From the NCBI GenBank assembly GCA_026391195.1, contig JAPLEI010000078.1, forward strand, positions 28,658 through 92,657: a stretch of 64,000 nt of DNA. The letters run 5' to 3'. Source of the stretch: Bacteroidota bacterium (GTDB lineage: Bacteria; Bacteroidota; Bacteroidia; Chitinophagales; Chitinophagaceae). Below the pieces are notes generated by a model. That model worked only from the letters and a program-made list of their open reading frames with translations, was not told where the DNA came from and did not search any database. The number at the start of each line of letters is the position of its first letter. Position 1 is the stretch's first letter. The translations under genes and the position numbers were made by a program. Shown in pieces: positions 36,729 to 46,740 of the stretch.

Positions 36729-38600
36729 ATGAAAAAATGCCTGGCAATTTTCTTTCTCATGGGCTTATTTGCCTGTAATGGAAATCAAAGTAATTCGGTT
36801 TCCGGTTCCGATAGCGCAACGGTTTATTTTAACGGCGACATTATTACTATGGAAGGGGATTCCGCTGTATATGCTGAGGCGCTGGTTGAAAAAGCGGGCA
36901 AAATTCTTTTTGTAGGCGATAAGGCTTCCGCTCTAAAGGAAGCAGGCAGTAAAGTTATTCAGGTTGATTTAGCCGGCAAAACACTGCTTCCCGGTTTTAT
37001 TGATACACATGGACATATGGTTTATTTCGGAAAAAACCTGATAGATCAGTCGTTAACAGGGGTTAAAGATATTCCGGAAATCATTCAACGCATGCAATCG
37101 CATATTGCTCAGGTTCCTGGAGACGGGTGGATAGTGGGTATGGGGTATGCTCCGCTGAAAATGAAAGAGCTACGACATCCAACTGCGGATGAATTGGATA
37201 AAGTGTCTATGGACAGGCCCGTTCTGATTGTGCATTCTTCTGGGCATGGCGGCTCTATGAACCATGCGCTGATGAAACTTTTACATATAGACGAGAAAAC
37301 AGTTGATCCTGCCGGCGGAGAGTATATTAGAGAAAAAGGCAGTAAAATGCCTGCAGGGCCTATGGAAGAAACAGCCCTTATTGATGTAAGAAACCAACGC
37401 CCCGCATTTACCGGTGAAGCTGCCGATAAGGTAATTAAAGGGGCCAGTCAGGTTTGGGCTAGTAATGGTCAAACTACCGCTATGGAATGCGGATTGGGAT
37501 TAGGCGCAGACGACATTTCTATTGTTGAAAATGCCATTGAAAAGAATATATTACCGATAGACTTGGTGGTTTTTTCTAAAGAATCTGTAACAGATGATGT
37601 AGTAAATGCAGCATATGGAGTAAGTGAATCTTATTCAACTACTGCAACTGGAAATGCGACTAAGCTGTTGAGCGATCGGGTAGACTTAGATAAGCGATAT
37701 ATCAATCGGGTAAGATTGGGAGGCATTAAATTTTGGTTAGATGGCAACCCGGTATTGGCTTGGATGTCGGAAGCGTATGCCACACCTCCGCCCGGAAGAA
37801 AGCCCGGCTTTAAGGCGTATGGACAGATTCCAGATTCATTAATTTTTTCATTTTTTGATAAATATTGGAAAACCAATATGCAAATCAATATGCATGTGAT
37901 GGGTGATGAGGCTATAGAGCAGGCTTTGAGAGCAATAGAAGCTGCCGTTAAAAAACATGGTATGAGTGACCACAGACCGGTTTTTGTTCATTGTGGTTAT
38001 GCACGGCCCGATCAGATTGCCAGAATGAAAGCCGTGGGAGCCATCCCTTCTTTCTTATCTATTGGCTTATATGGACAGGGAGATGAGATAGAACAACTAT
38101 GGGGAACAAAGCGTGCTTCCAATGGGATGGCAGCGCAGTCTATGTTAAAAGCCGGCGTTCCTTTTACGCTTTCTCATGATGCGCCTATAACTCCCCCCAT
38201 GATTATGCCCCTGGTATCAGCAGCCGTAAATAGAATAACCAGTTCAGGAAAATTGTTGGGGGCCGATCAGCGAATTTCTCCTTACCAGGCATTGCAAGCA
38301 GTTACTTCAGCCGCCGCGTATCAAATTAAAGAGGAAAAAAATAAAGGGACCCTTCAAGTTGGTAAAGTAGCCGATTTTGTTATGCTAGATCAGAATCCCC
38401 TAAAAGTGTCTTCATCAGCAATTGCCGGAATAAAAGTGGTTGAAACTATTAAAGAAGGGAAGTCTATATTTAAATTAACTGCACCTATTGCCTATTCACC
38501 AGTTACTATGAGTGATCATCACCACGAAACGGGTTATAAAAAGCCATTAAGTGTTAGCCAACAAAAAATAATGGCCAGACTGGTGCAAAGTGCTCAATAA
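36729..38600 (+). CDS. amidohydrolase-family (amidohydrolase_3 / YtcJ-like) metallohydrolase lipoprotein
   Basis: Lipobox GLFACN. It has the metal-binding motif GFIDTHGH, and the length and C-terminal pattern VADFVMLDQNPL are typical of the family. Confidence 0.8.
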   Translation: MKKCLAIFFLMGLFACNGNQSNSVSGSDSATVYFNGDIITMEGDSAVYAEALVEKAGKILFVGDKASALKEAGSKVIQVDLAGKTLLPGFIDTHGHMVYFGKNLIDQSLTGVKDIPEIIQRMQSHIAQVPGDGWIVGMGYAPLKMKELRHPTADELDKVSMDRPVLIVHSSGHGGSMNHALMKLLHIDEKTVDPAGGEYIREKGSKMPAGPMEETALIDVRNQRPAFTGEAADKVIKGASQVWASNGQTTAMECGLGLGADDISIVENAIEKNILPIDLVVFSKESVTDDVVNAAYGVSESYSTTATGNATKLLSDRVDLDKRYINRVRLGGIKFWLDGNPVLAWMSEAYATPPPGRKPGFKAYGQIPDSLIFSFFDKYWKTNMQINMHVMGDEAIEQALRAIEAAVKKHGMSDHRPVFVHCGYARPDQIARMKAVGAIPSFLSIGLYGQGDEIEQLWGTKRASNGMAAQSMLKAGVPFTLSHDAPITPPMIMPLVSAAVNRITSSGKLLGADQRISPYQALQAVTSAAAYQIKEEKNKGTLQVGKVADFVMLDQNPLKVSSSAIAGIKVVETIKEGKSIFKLTAPIAYSPVTMSDHHHETGYKKPLSVSQQKIMARLVQSAQ

Positions 38601-38663
38601 CAGTTTATGCTATTTTGATAAGCTGCAATTAACCCAAATACAAACATTCATCTCTATTCAGGC

Positions 38664-39872
38664 ATGAAAAAATATATCATTACTTATTGCTTCCTGATTG
38701 CTTGTTACGCACAAGGGTTTTCGCAAAGTCCTAAGCCCATCCTCAGCTTAGCGGATAGTTCGGTGCATGTTTTTTTTGGAGCCAACTTAAAAACTACGAT
38801 GCTGCTTACCAATCGCAGACCGGCGCCTAGTACCGGAACGGCCTATTTGCTGTTGCCGAAAGATGGTACAGGGGTGGAAGGAACTTTTGATCTCAATGCC
38901 CGCGCTAGTACCATTTATCTGGTTGCCGATGGGCCTAAACTGGGTTCTTTTAAGCTGGGTACAAAAATGGTTTTTTATGTTATTCGAGATTTGGCTGATC
39001 CTGCTTATGGCTTGTTGCCCGCTTTAATGTACGTGGATATGAAGAATGATCAGTGGAGGTTTGCGGTAGGGCAACAGGTGGATGTTTTTGCCGAGCGAAT
39101 ACCCAACATGATTGATGGGTATTTTGCTCTTGCCTCTTCCGGATGCGCTGGTAATAGCTCAAGAGGCCAGCTGCGGGCAACCCGATATATTGAAACGGGA
39201 AAAAACAGTAAACTCTCTATTACTGTCGCCGCTTCTCAGCCGGTTTCAACCTATTTTTCTAAAGACCTCAGGAATAATTCCGAAAACAATGGCGTTCCTA
39301 ATTTTGAGTGGGCGGTTAAATACGAAGCTGGAAAAGACGAGAATGCCTGGGTACCCTACAACGCAGTTGAAATAGCCATTTCGGGCATAACGGGAAGCTA
39401 TCGAGTATTTAAAAATGACACCCTTGGGGGTGGAATAGTTAACACCCGCATTAATAAACCCCAGGTAAATGGGATATGCGGCGAGTACGCATTTCGGTTA
39501 GGAAAACGTTTCGGAATTCAGGGAGAAGTATATTCCGGGCAAGCACTTGGCAACTATTTAGGTGCCATTATGCAAACTACCAAAGGCCCAAACGATAAAG
39601 AAATACGAAGCAATGGTTTCTGGACGGAAGCCACTTATTTCTGGCAAAAAAATCTGCAAAGTAGGTTCGGGTATGGACAGGACGAATGTAATAAGCAAGA
39701 TTTAATGGGAGCCGGCGTTTGGAAAAACAGTACCTTTTTTGTTAATGTTATTTGGGACATCAATAAAACCGTATCAACCGGCATAGAGCTAACGCATAAG
39801 TCTACTCAATACTTAGGCCTAAAAGATAATCAGGGCATGACGTTTATGTGGATGTTTCAATATTCGTTTTAA
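38664..39872 (+). CDS. putative outer-membrane beta-barrel/porin-like protein
   Basis: Signal peptide present. It has beta-strand periodicity and the C-terminal OMP signature ...FMWMFQYSF. Confidence 0.5.
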   Translation: MKKYIITYCFLIACYAQGFSQSPKPILSLADSSVHVFFGANLKTTMLLTNRRPAPSTGTAYLLLPKDGTGVEGTFDLNARASTIYLVADGPKLGSFKLGTKMVFYVIRDLADPAYGLLPALMYVDMKNDQWRFAVGQQVDVFAERIPNMIDGYFALASSGCAGNSSRGQLRATRYIETGKNSKLSITVAASQPVSTYFSKDLRNNSENNGVPNFEWAVKYEAGKDENAWVPYNAVEIAISGITGSYRVFKNDTLGGGIVNTRINKPQVNGICGEYAFRLGKRFGIQGEVYSGQALGNYLGAIMQTTKGPNDKEIRSNGFWTEATYFWQKNLQSRFGYGQDECNKQDLMGAGVWKNSTFFVNVIWDINKTVSTGIELTHKSTQYLGLKDNQGMTFMWMFQYSF

Positions 39873-39916
39873 TATTGAAATAGAGCGCTATACAGCCTAA
39901 CAGCATTGTATAAACA

Positions 39917-41113
39917 CTATTTTTTTAGGAAATATTCAGAGGGCGTTTTTCCGGTTCTCTTTTTGATGGCAGAAATAAAGGAGGTTCTCGAATTAAATCC
40001 TGCCATTTTTCCTAAAGCCTCAAATGTATATAAATGAAAGTCGCCATTCTCCGCTACCATTTTTTGTAAAAACAAGAAGCGATGGTCGTTTATCCATTCA
40101 CTGAAGTTTTTACCATATTCCTGATTAATAAAAGCCGACAGTTGATATACAGGAATATTAACGCCAAGTGATAAATCACGTAAGCTGTATCCAGGCATGC
40201 AAAAAGGATTTTTTTCTGCAAAATGGCTTTCTATTATTTGCTTATACTCTTTTCCTTCGGTAGCAGATAAAAATGTTCTTTTTGCAATCGGCTTTACAGA
40301 TTCAGTAGATATAAGAACCGTTGCTTCATCCGTTGTTGAATGTATCCACCCCTTCATGCCATACAGAATAGTAGGCTTGCTAAATAAGTAAATGGCAATA
40401 AATAGGATATTTAATCCAATAGTAAGTACAATGATAAATCCCAGCGTATAGCTTCCCAACAAGTGTAAAAACATTTCCAGTAATAAAACGCCATACGTAA
40501 TCAGCATAACCACGGTATACCAGTTTAGCCATTTGATTTGCTCCATATTGGCATTCAAAATATCCGGAACCTTCTTTAATTGCAGCTTCCATTTAGAAAG
40601 GATAATCAACTGTGCCACTACAAAACTCATTCCTACTATTATCCGAAATATCGCAGCCCATCCAACCGGCAACCATCCTTCCGGCTCGGCAGCAATATTT
40701 TTGGTTTCTGTTAAAGCATTTTGAATAATCAACAATTTTGATTGTTTATCCAAAAACAGAAATGGTATTCTATGTAATTGATACAACACTGCCGGAATAA
40801 AAAATAGCAGGTCTTTTTTTTGCAAGCGATACGATTGGGTAAGGCTGGTTCTTACATATAAGAAGGATAAGGGGCCTACACAAAAAGAAACTGCCGACAG
40901 TAAGCGATAAAGATGGGGGAACTTGAGAAAATAATTCGTGAGGTATAGCGAATTTCCTAAAAGTAAAATAGAGATGGCAGTGAGTACCCCTGCTAATAGT
41001 CTGGCAGCCAGGATATTTTCCCGGTTTGTCCAGAACAAAATTAGCGCTGTTAATAGTCCCAGTAGGCCAATTGAAAAAGGAAGCAGAAAAAAAGGATGTG
41101 TAATTGACTGCAT
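39917..41113 (-). CDS. membrane-anchored AraC-family transcriptional regulator
   Basis: The N-terminal ~250 aa contain multiple TM helices. The C-terminal AraC HTH reads LGKMAGFNSRTSFISAIKKRTGKTPSEYF. Confidence 0.8.
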   Translation of the reverse strand: MQSITHPFFLLPFSIGLLGLLTALILFWTNRENILAARLLAGVLTAISILLLGNSLYLTNYFLKFPHLYRLLSAVSFCVGPLSFLYVRTSLTQSYRLQKKDLLFFIPAVLYQLHRIPFLFLDKQSKLLIIQNALTETKNIAAEPEGWLPVGWAAIFRIIVGMSFVVAQLIILSKWKLQLKKVPDILNANMEQIKWLNWYTVVMLITYGVLLLEMFLHLLGSYTLGFIIVLTIGLNILFIAIYLFSKPTILYGMKGWIHSTTDEATVLISTESVKPIAKRTFLSATEGKEYKQIIESHFAEKNPFCMPGYSLRDLSLGVNIPVYQLSAFINQEYGKNFSEWINDHRFLFLQKMVAENGDFHLYTFEALGKMAGFNSRTSFISAIKKRTGKTPSEYFLKK

Positions 41114-41357
41114 AACAGAACAAATGTAAGGAATGGACTATAAATGAAAAATACTCCTGACAAATTCCATTACGGATAGGTACACTAGTAATATTCGAAA
41201 TCTAGAAAAACATTTATTAGTGAGGTCAATTAAAATGACGAAGATTTTTTTATTGAAATTGAAAAAACTTCTACAAATATTTCATTTTCCCTTTTTCGTA
41301 AATCCATTTTCCCGATAACATAAATCATTTTGGTGCCTAGTGATTCACTTTTGCACC

Positions 41358-43574
41358 ATGTTGTTTTATTTCACTCGATTTTTGGTTTGCTTTGGGTGCT
41401 TTTTTGTTCCGTTATATCCGGTAGTTGCCCAGCAAGATACTTCGCATATAAAAGGAGCCCCGGATTCTTTGCGCTCTTTGCCTAGGGTAGTGGTAATTAG
41501 TAGACCTTCTTCCAGTGAGTTTCAGTTTCTGCCGGAAGTTGCAGGCACCAGCATTTTTGCCGGGAAAAAGCATGCCCAGATACAGATGCAACAGGTGTTG
41601 GGCAATATTTCTGCCAATAATTTACGTCAGGTGCTTGCTAAAATACCGGGCATACATGTATGGGAGAGCGATCCGAGTGGCATTCAAACCGGTATCGCTG
41701 CCAGAGGGTTAAGCCCTAACCGAAGCTGGGAATTTAATATGCGACAAAACGGATACGATATTGCATCAGACCCATACGGATATCCTGAGGCCTATTATAC
41801 CCCTCCGTTAGCCGGTGTTCAGCGAATGGAGATTGTGCGGGGGCAGGGGGCTTTGCAGTATGGACCACAAATGGGTGGGATGGTAAATTATATCCTTGCC
41901 AATGGTAGTGAATGTAAATCACCACTAGAAATAAAATTTCTACAAACTGCCGGCAGCTTCAACCGAAATCATAGTTTTATTAGTGTGGGTGGAAAAACCG
42001 CTACCCATTATGGCACCGCCTGGATAGATTATCAGTTGGGAGAGGGCGGACGGCAAAATAGTCGGTTTTCTACCTTTACGGGATTCGGAAGTTATACCCG
42101 GATTTTCGACAACCAGTTGAAAGTTACTTGGGAAATGCTGGGTCATCAACAGGTGAGTCAACAACCCGGCGGCTTAACCGATGCGCAGTTTGAGAGTGAT
42201 CCTTATCAGAGTGTTCGTTCCAGAAATTGGATGGGGATCCAATGGATGATTCCGGCTATTACAGTCAGCTATCAGCCGACTGAAAAGATTCTTTGGGAAA
42301 CTAAATTATCTGCTGTAATCGGCAACCGAAATAGTGTGGGCCTGCTTACGCCTATTCAATTACCGGATTCAATTAATCCAATTACGGGTACCTACCATCC
42401 AAGGGTAGTTGCGATAGACCAGTATAGAAACCTTTCTTTTGAATCTAAGGTGTTGATGAAGTATTCATTTGCCGGACAAGTCAACACCTTGCTAACTGGC
42501 ATACGGTTATTTTCGGGGCAAACCCACCGATGGGGAAATGGCAAGGGAAGTACTGAATCGGACTATCAACTTTCTATTGCAGGTGCGTTCCCGCAAGACC
42601 TGTTATTTACATCTTCCAATGCCGCCTGGTTTGCAGAAAACATCATCCCCATTACAAATCGTTTACTATTGATTCCCGGTGTAAGGGCCGAATGGATACG
42701 TACACAGGCAGAGGGGCGACAGTCCTTTTCGGCATCAAGCAATGAGCTACGGATTCAGGAAATGCAGCGGGATCGATATTTTGTGCTGGCTGGCGTGGGT
42801 GCCGAATATCATTTTTCACCAAGTAGTGAGTTGTATATGGGATGGGCACAGTCGTACCGACCTATACAATTTTCTAATTTACAGGCAGCTCCCATTACCG
42901 ATATAGTTGATCCTGCATTAAAAGATGCCAGTGGGTATAATGTTGATTTCGGATATCGCGGAAAGCTTCGCCCTTGGCTGCAATTAGATGCCAGTTTGTT
43001 TTATTTGCAATATGCCAATCGAATAGGGGTGATTTCTCAGCCGGGTACCAATAACAGGTTGATTACAAATTTGGGTAATAGTGTAAGTAAGGGGATAGAA
43101 GCTATGGCAGATTGGAATATTGCGCAATGGTTGCGTACCGGAACCCGCCACGAATGGTCGGTTTTTGCATCCTATAGCTATACAGATGCCCGATATGGCC
43201 AGCAACATGCAGATAAAAAAATTGCCGGTAATCGGGTAGAGAATGCACCACAGCATATACTTCGCACGGGCACTAATTTTTCTATACATCCGTTTTCTTT
43301 CTCGCTACAATTTAGTTATGTAGACGAAGCTTACAGTGACGCTAACAATACGGTAATACCTGGGGTAAATGCCCAATCCGGACTAATCCCTTCTTATCGG
43401 CTAATAGATATTACTTCGCAGGTACAAGTAAGCAAAAACTGCACTATTCAGGTGGGCATCAACAATCTGTTAGCTGAACGGTACTTTACCCGAAGGGCCA
43501 GTGGATATCCCGGACCGGGCATTTTGCCTGCCGTTGGAAGAAATGGATTTATTACTGCCAAAATCAAGCTTTAG
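41358..43574 (+). CDS. TonB-dependent receptor (siderophore-receptor-like)
   Basis: Signal peptide, plug domain (RMEIVRGQGALQYGPQMGGMVNY) and a long beta-barrel. The ATG is at 41358. Confidence 0.85.
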   Translation: MLFYFTRFLVCFGCFFVPLYPVVAQQDTSHIKGAPDSLRSLPRVVVISRPSSSEFQFLPEVAGTSIFAGKKHAQIQMQQVLGNISANNLRQVLAKIPGIHVWESDPSGIQTGIAARGLSPNRSWEFNMRQNGYDIASDPYGYPEAYYTPPLAGVQRMEIVRGQGALQYGPQMGGMVNYILANGSECKSPLEIKFLQTAGSFNRNHSFISVGGKTATHYGTAWIDYQLGEGGRQNSRFSTFTGFGSYTRIFDNQLKVTWEMLGHQQVSQQPGGLTDAQFESDPYQSVRSRNWMGIQWMIPAITVSYQPTEKILWETKLSAVIGNRNSVGLLTPIQLPDSINPITGTYHPRVVAIDQYRNLSFESKVLMKYSFAGQVNTLLTGIRLFSGQTHRWGNGKGSTESDYQLSIAGAFPQDLLFTSSNAAWFAENIIPITNRLLLIPGVRAEWIRTQAEGRQSFSASSNELRIQEMQRDRYFVLAGVGAEYHFSPSSELYMGWAQSYRPIQFSNLQAAPITDIVDPALKDASGYNVDFGYRGKLRPWLQLDASLFYLQYANRIGVISQPGTNNRLITNLGNSVSKGIEAMADWNIAQWLRTGTRHEWSVFASYSYTDARYGQQHADKKIAGNRVENAPQHILRTGTNFSIHPFSFSLQFSYVDEAYSDANNTVIPGVNAQSGLIPSYRLIDITSQVQVSKNCTIQVGINNLLAERYFTRRASGYPGPGILPAVGRNGFITAKIKL

Positions 43575-43624
43575 TAATTTTATAGCGACAATGTAAATTG
43601 CAAACCCCTTACTTGCCTAGTTCA

Positions 43625-44737
43625 TCATAATCCTATTGCATACATACTGGGCGTAGCTACCGGCATAAGGTCTACAACAAATTCATCTAGTTTTTCTTTG
43701 GTTATTCCGGGCATACAGATGATATGTGCTATATCATTTTCAGTAGCCAGCTGCCATTTTTTACAAACCGCTGGAGCGGGTTTCGGAAATACAACCGTGA
43801 ATGCATTCTTGTTATACCAGGCTTTGATCCCAATTTGATTGAGTTCTTCTGCAAGGTAATGCGCGTTTTCAATACAGCCCTGGGCTCTTTTTAATAAACC
43901 TGCTTCTCCCCATTTTTGAATACTGTACCAAATGATAAGTGCATTAATGCCACTTCTAGATCCACTGATGGTAGTATCCAATGTTCCAATATAGGGAATC
44001 GATTTGCCAATTCTGTCTTTATATGATTTTCTTACCAATACAACTCCGCAAGTAATTGGTGAGCCTATAAATTTATGTCCGCTAAAAGCAATGCTATCGG
44101 CACCGTGTTCAAAATCGAAAGAATGGTCGCCCAATAAGGAAAGGTAAACACCCGCTAATGCCGCATCACAATGTATATAAGAACTTTTGATGGCATATTT
44201 TTTCAGACAGTCTTTTATAGTAGGCACATGGTCTTTTGCCTCCGTCATGGTAGTACCAATATTTGCGAGGATGATTACAGGCCGATGGCGATTCATTTGT
44301 AAGGTAACTTCCAAATCATCATAATCCATTTCACCATTGGCTTGCGAGCGGATTACGATACTGTCCATATTCAGCAAGTGAATATTTTTTTGCACGCTGT
44401 AGTGGGTACTCTCCGTATAATAAACCATCCCATTGGGATAGAGTTCTCTTGCCAGAGATAATCCATATAAATTACCTTCCGAACCTCCATTGGTAACATA
44501 TCCCCAATGATTATCTGCCGGCGCATTGAATAGTTTGGAAAAGAATTCAATTACTTCCCTTTCAAATTCTTTTGTATGCATATCGTTCGACTCTAGATAT
44601 GGGTCTCCTACATTGTTCAGGCTATAGTTTAAAAATGGGTAGAGTTCTTCGTAGTTATAATCTATAGAGGTGGGATAGCCAATATAATGTTCAGAGCGCC
44701 GTTCAATTTTTTCTAAAAGGGTATGTAGCTTTTGCAT
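43625..44737 (-). CDS. hdc: pyridoxal-phosphate-dependent histidine decarboxylase
   Basis: 370 aa, collinear with my recollection of Gram-negative HDC. Shared segments are IGYP...DYNYEEL, WGYVTNGGSEGNLYG, YYTESTHYSV and NGEMDYDDL, plus the PLP-lysine motif SGHKFIGSP. Confidence 0.85.
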   Translation of the reverse strand: MQKLHTLLEKIERRSEHYIGYPTSIDYNYEELYPFLNYSLNNVGDPYLESNDMHTKEFEREVIEFFSKLFNAPADNHWGYVTNGGSEGNLYGLSLARELYPNGMVYYTESTHYSVQKNIHLLNMDSIVIRSQANGEMDYDDLEVTLQMNRHRPVIILANIGTTMTEAKDHVPTIKDCLKKYAIKSSYIHCDAALAGVYLSLLGDHSFDFEHGADSIAFSGHKFIGSPITCGVVLVRKSYKDRIGKSIPYIGTLDTTISGSRSGINALIIWYSIQKWGEAGLLKRAQGCIENAHYLAEELNQIGIKAWYNKNAFTVVFPKPAPAVCKKWQLATENDIAHIICMPGITKEKLDEFVVDLMPVATPSMYAIGL

Positions 44738-45089
44738 ATTGCTGATAATTACAAATTGATTAAATAATTGTACCCGCCTTCAGGAGGGCACAGAGAATAA
44801 AGAAGTCGTTTGTTATGAACTCTAAAAAAGTAGATGGGCTACGACAGGATGGCCAAAGAGCGAATCAGGCAGCAGAATGTATCGCCTTTGTCGCTGAATA
44901 ATTTACTGGGATAGTCGGGCCGCATAGCAATAATAAAGTACAAAGTTAGTGTAGAAAAATAACATCTAATCCGGTTAACAATTTTTTAGCAGCGACTCAG
45001 CTAAAAAACTAACGAAACAATCTAATTTATCGGCTTGTTGTGTGTAAATCAAACTAACAAAAAATCGAATGTAGGCAAATGTTTGAAAA

Positions 45090-45113
45090 GCAACCGCTTT
45101 TAAAGGCGGCTGC
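45090..45113 (-). terminator. possible terminator of the M20 peptidase gene
   Basis: On the minus strand GCAGCCGC-ctttaaaa-GCGGTTGC (one mismatch) is followed by TTTT. It lies 26 nt past the stop. Confidence 0.35.
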
Positions 45114-45138
45114 ATTAAAACTAGTCTTCAATTCTCAT

Positions 45139-46584
45139 TTATTTGCCTTGTATCAATTGCTGATAAAAGTAAATCATCCGGTTCAGATCGGCAATGCCAA
45201 TTCTTTCATCAATTCCATGAAATCCTTTTACATCCTGCACGGCAGAAAAATTAAGCACCGCATCACTAAAACTTCTAAAATATCTCGAGTCGGTGGCACC
45301 AATCATTAAAAAAGGCGTTACCACTACTTTGGGAACTGTATTACGAATGATTTTTTCGATCTGTAAAAAGGTAGGATGTGTATAAGGAGTAAATGGCGAC
45401 GGTTCCATTAATGAGATGGTTTGCTTTTTTATCACAACCCGTTCGTCGTTCACCGCCTCTTTAATGAATTGGATAATGTTATCACTGGTTTGTCCGGGTA
45501 GAATCCTACTGTTAAAAGTTACTTTTGCAACGGTGGGGATTACATTGTCTTTGATGCCAGCCTGAACAATGGTTGGTACCAGCGTAGTGTGCACCATGGC
45601 ATTCGTTTCTTTTGTTTTTTCCAGTTGAGCGATCACCAATTTTTTCGTGAGCCAGAGGTTGTTGGTAACCATCCGGGTAAAAAACGATTCATATGCACTG
45701 GTTCTGTGTACCAATTCTTGAACGGGTTCTATCATTTCTCCCGGCATTTTTCTAGACCTAATTTGCAGGATGGCTTTATTTAAAACATCTATCGCCGTTT
45801 CTTGAGAGGGCATGGAAGAGTGACCTCCGGGAATTTCAACGGTCAGGTCGATGTTCATATACCCCTTCTCTCCCGTAGCCACAACAGCCACCGGACGCTG
45901 CACACTTTTAAAATGTTGAAGATCTATTTGTCCGCCTTCATCCAATACCAGTGCAGGTTTTATGCCCTGCTCTTTAAACCAGTTACTGATTACTTTTGCC
46001 CCGCGTTTTCCCGATACTTCTTCATCATGCCCCAGCGAAATGTATATGGTTCGATCTGGGGTATATCCCTTTTCTAACAATTTTTCTACCGACTCTAAAA
46101 TGGCAATAACAGCTACCTTATCGTCTACAGCTCCTCTGCCCCAGATGGTATCATTTTTAATAGCACCACTAAAACTGGGAACCGACCAGTTTTTTTCCGC
46201 AACGGCTTCCACAGGCACTACGTCCATATGTGCCATTAAAACATAGGGGGCTAGGGCGGTGTTTTTCCCTTTCCAGGTATACACATAGCTGAATTCATTA
46301 AAGGTTTGTCTGGTTAATAGTTGATGAAACAACGGATAGCTTTTTTCAAGCAATAATCGAAACGCAACAAATTCGGCAGTATCTATAGGCAGGGTATCTC
46401 CTTTAGAAATCGTTTTTATCTGAATGGCCTTACTCAGGTGGATGGCGGCAGAATCGCTGATAACAGGTATTGGCGCAGTGGCCTGATCGGGTAGCGGTTT
46501 GGGGGCACGTAATGTATTAAACATCATCACTATCACCAATATGCCTACCAATGCCAGCAATATTTTTAGCCACCTGTTTTTCAT
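45139..46584 (-). CDS. M20-family metallopeptidase (carboxypeptidase/PM20D1-like), membrane-anchored
   Basis: Motifs HMDVVP, GRGAVDDK and GHDEE, with an N-terminal TM anchor. Confidence 0.85.
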   Translation of the reverse strand: MKNRWLKILLALVGILVIVMMFNTLRAPKPLPDQATAPIPVISDSAAIHLSKAIQIKTISKGDTLPIDTAEFVAFRLLLEKSYPLFHQLLTRQTFNEFSYVYTWKGKNTALAPYVLMAHMDVVPVEAVAEKNWSVPSFSGAIKNDTIWGRGAVDDKVAVIAILESVEKLLEKGYTPDRTIYISLGHDEEVSGKRGAKVISNWFKEQGIKPALVLDEGGQIDLQHFKSVQRPVAVVATGEKGYMNIDLTVEIPGGHSSMPSQETAIDVLNKAILQIRSRKMPGEMIEPVQELVHRTSAYESFFTRMVTNNLWLTKKLVIAQLEKTKETNAMVHTTLVPTIVQAGIKDNVIPTVAKVTFNSRILPGQTSDNIIQFIKEAVNDERVVIKKQTISLMEPSPFTPYTHPTFLQIEKIIRNTVPKVVVTPFLMIGATDSRYFRSFSDAVLNFSAVQDVKGFHGIDERIGIADLNRMIYFYQQLIQGK

Positions 46585-46740
46585 GATTTTTTGTTTGTAT
46601 CAAATATACTTTAATTCCGATTATTTTTTCGGGTCCTTTCCCTGTTGAAATGAACGATTGCTATTTTTGATGCCTACCACGAACCGGGAAATCAATCAAT
46701 GCATACTCCCTTTTTCAAATCGATTTAGTAATTTCAGGGG

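Noticed and set aside
39889-39927. Possible bidirectional terminator between the porin-like gene and the AraC gene
   Set aside because: The stem is only 6 bp (TATACA/TGTATA), all weak pairs, and the T-run is separated by 8 nt. That is too weak to call.
44738-45138. 401-bp gap upstream of hdc with a 28-codon plus-strand ORF (MNSKKVDGLRQDGQRANQAAECIAFVAE) and small hairpins
   Set aside because: The ORF has no supporting context and the hairpins are short or mismatched. The gap is most simply the hdc promoter/5' UTR plus the M20 terminator.
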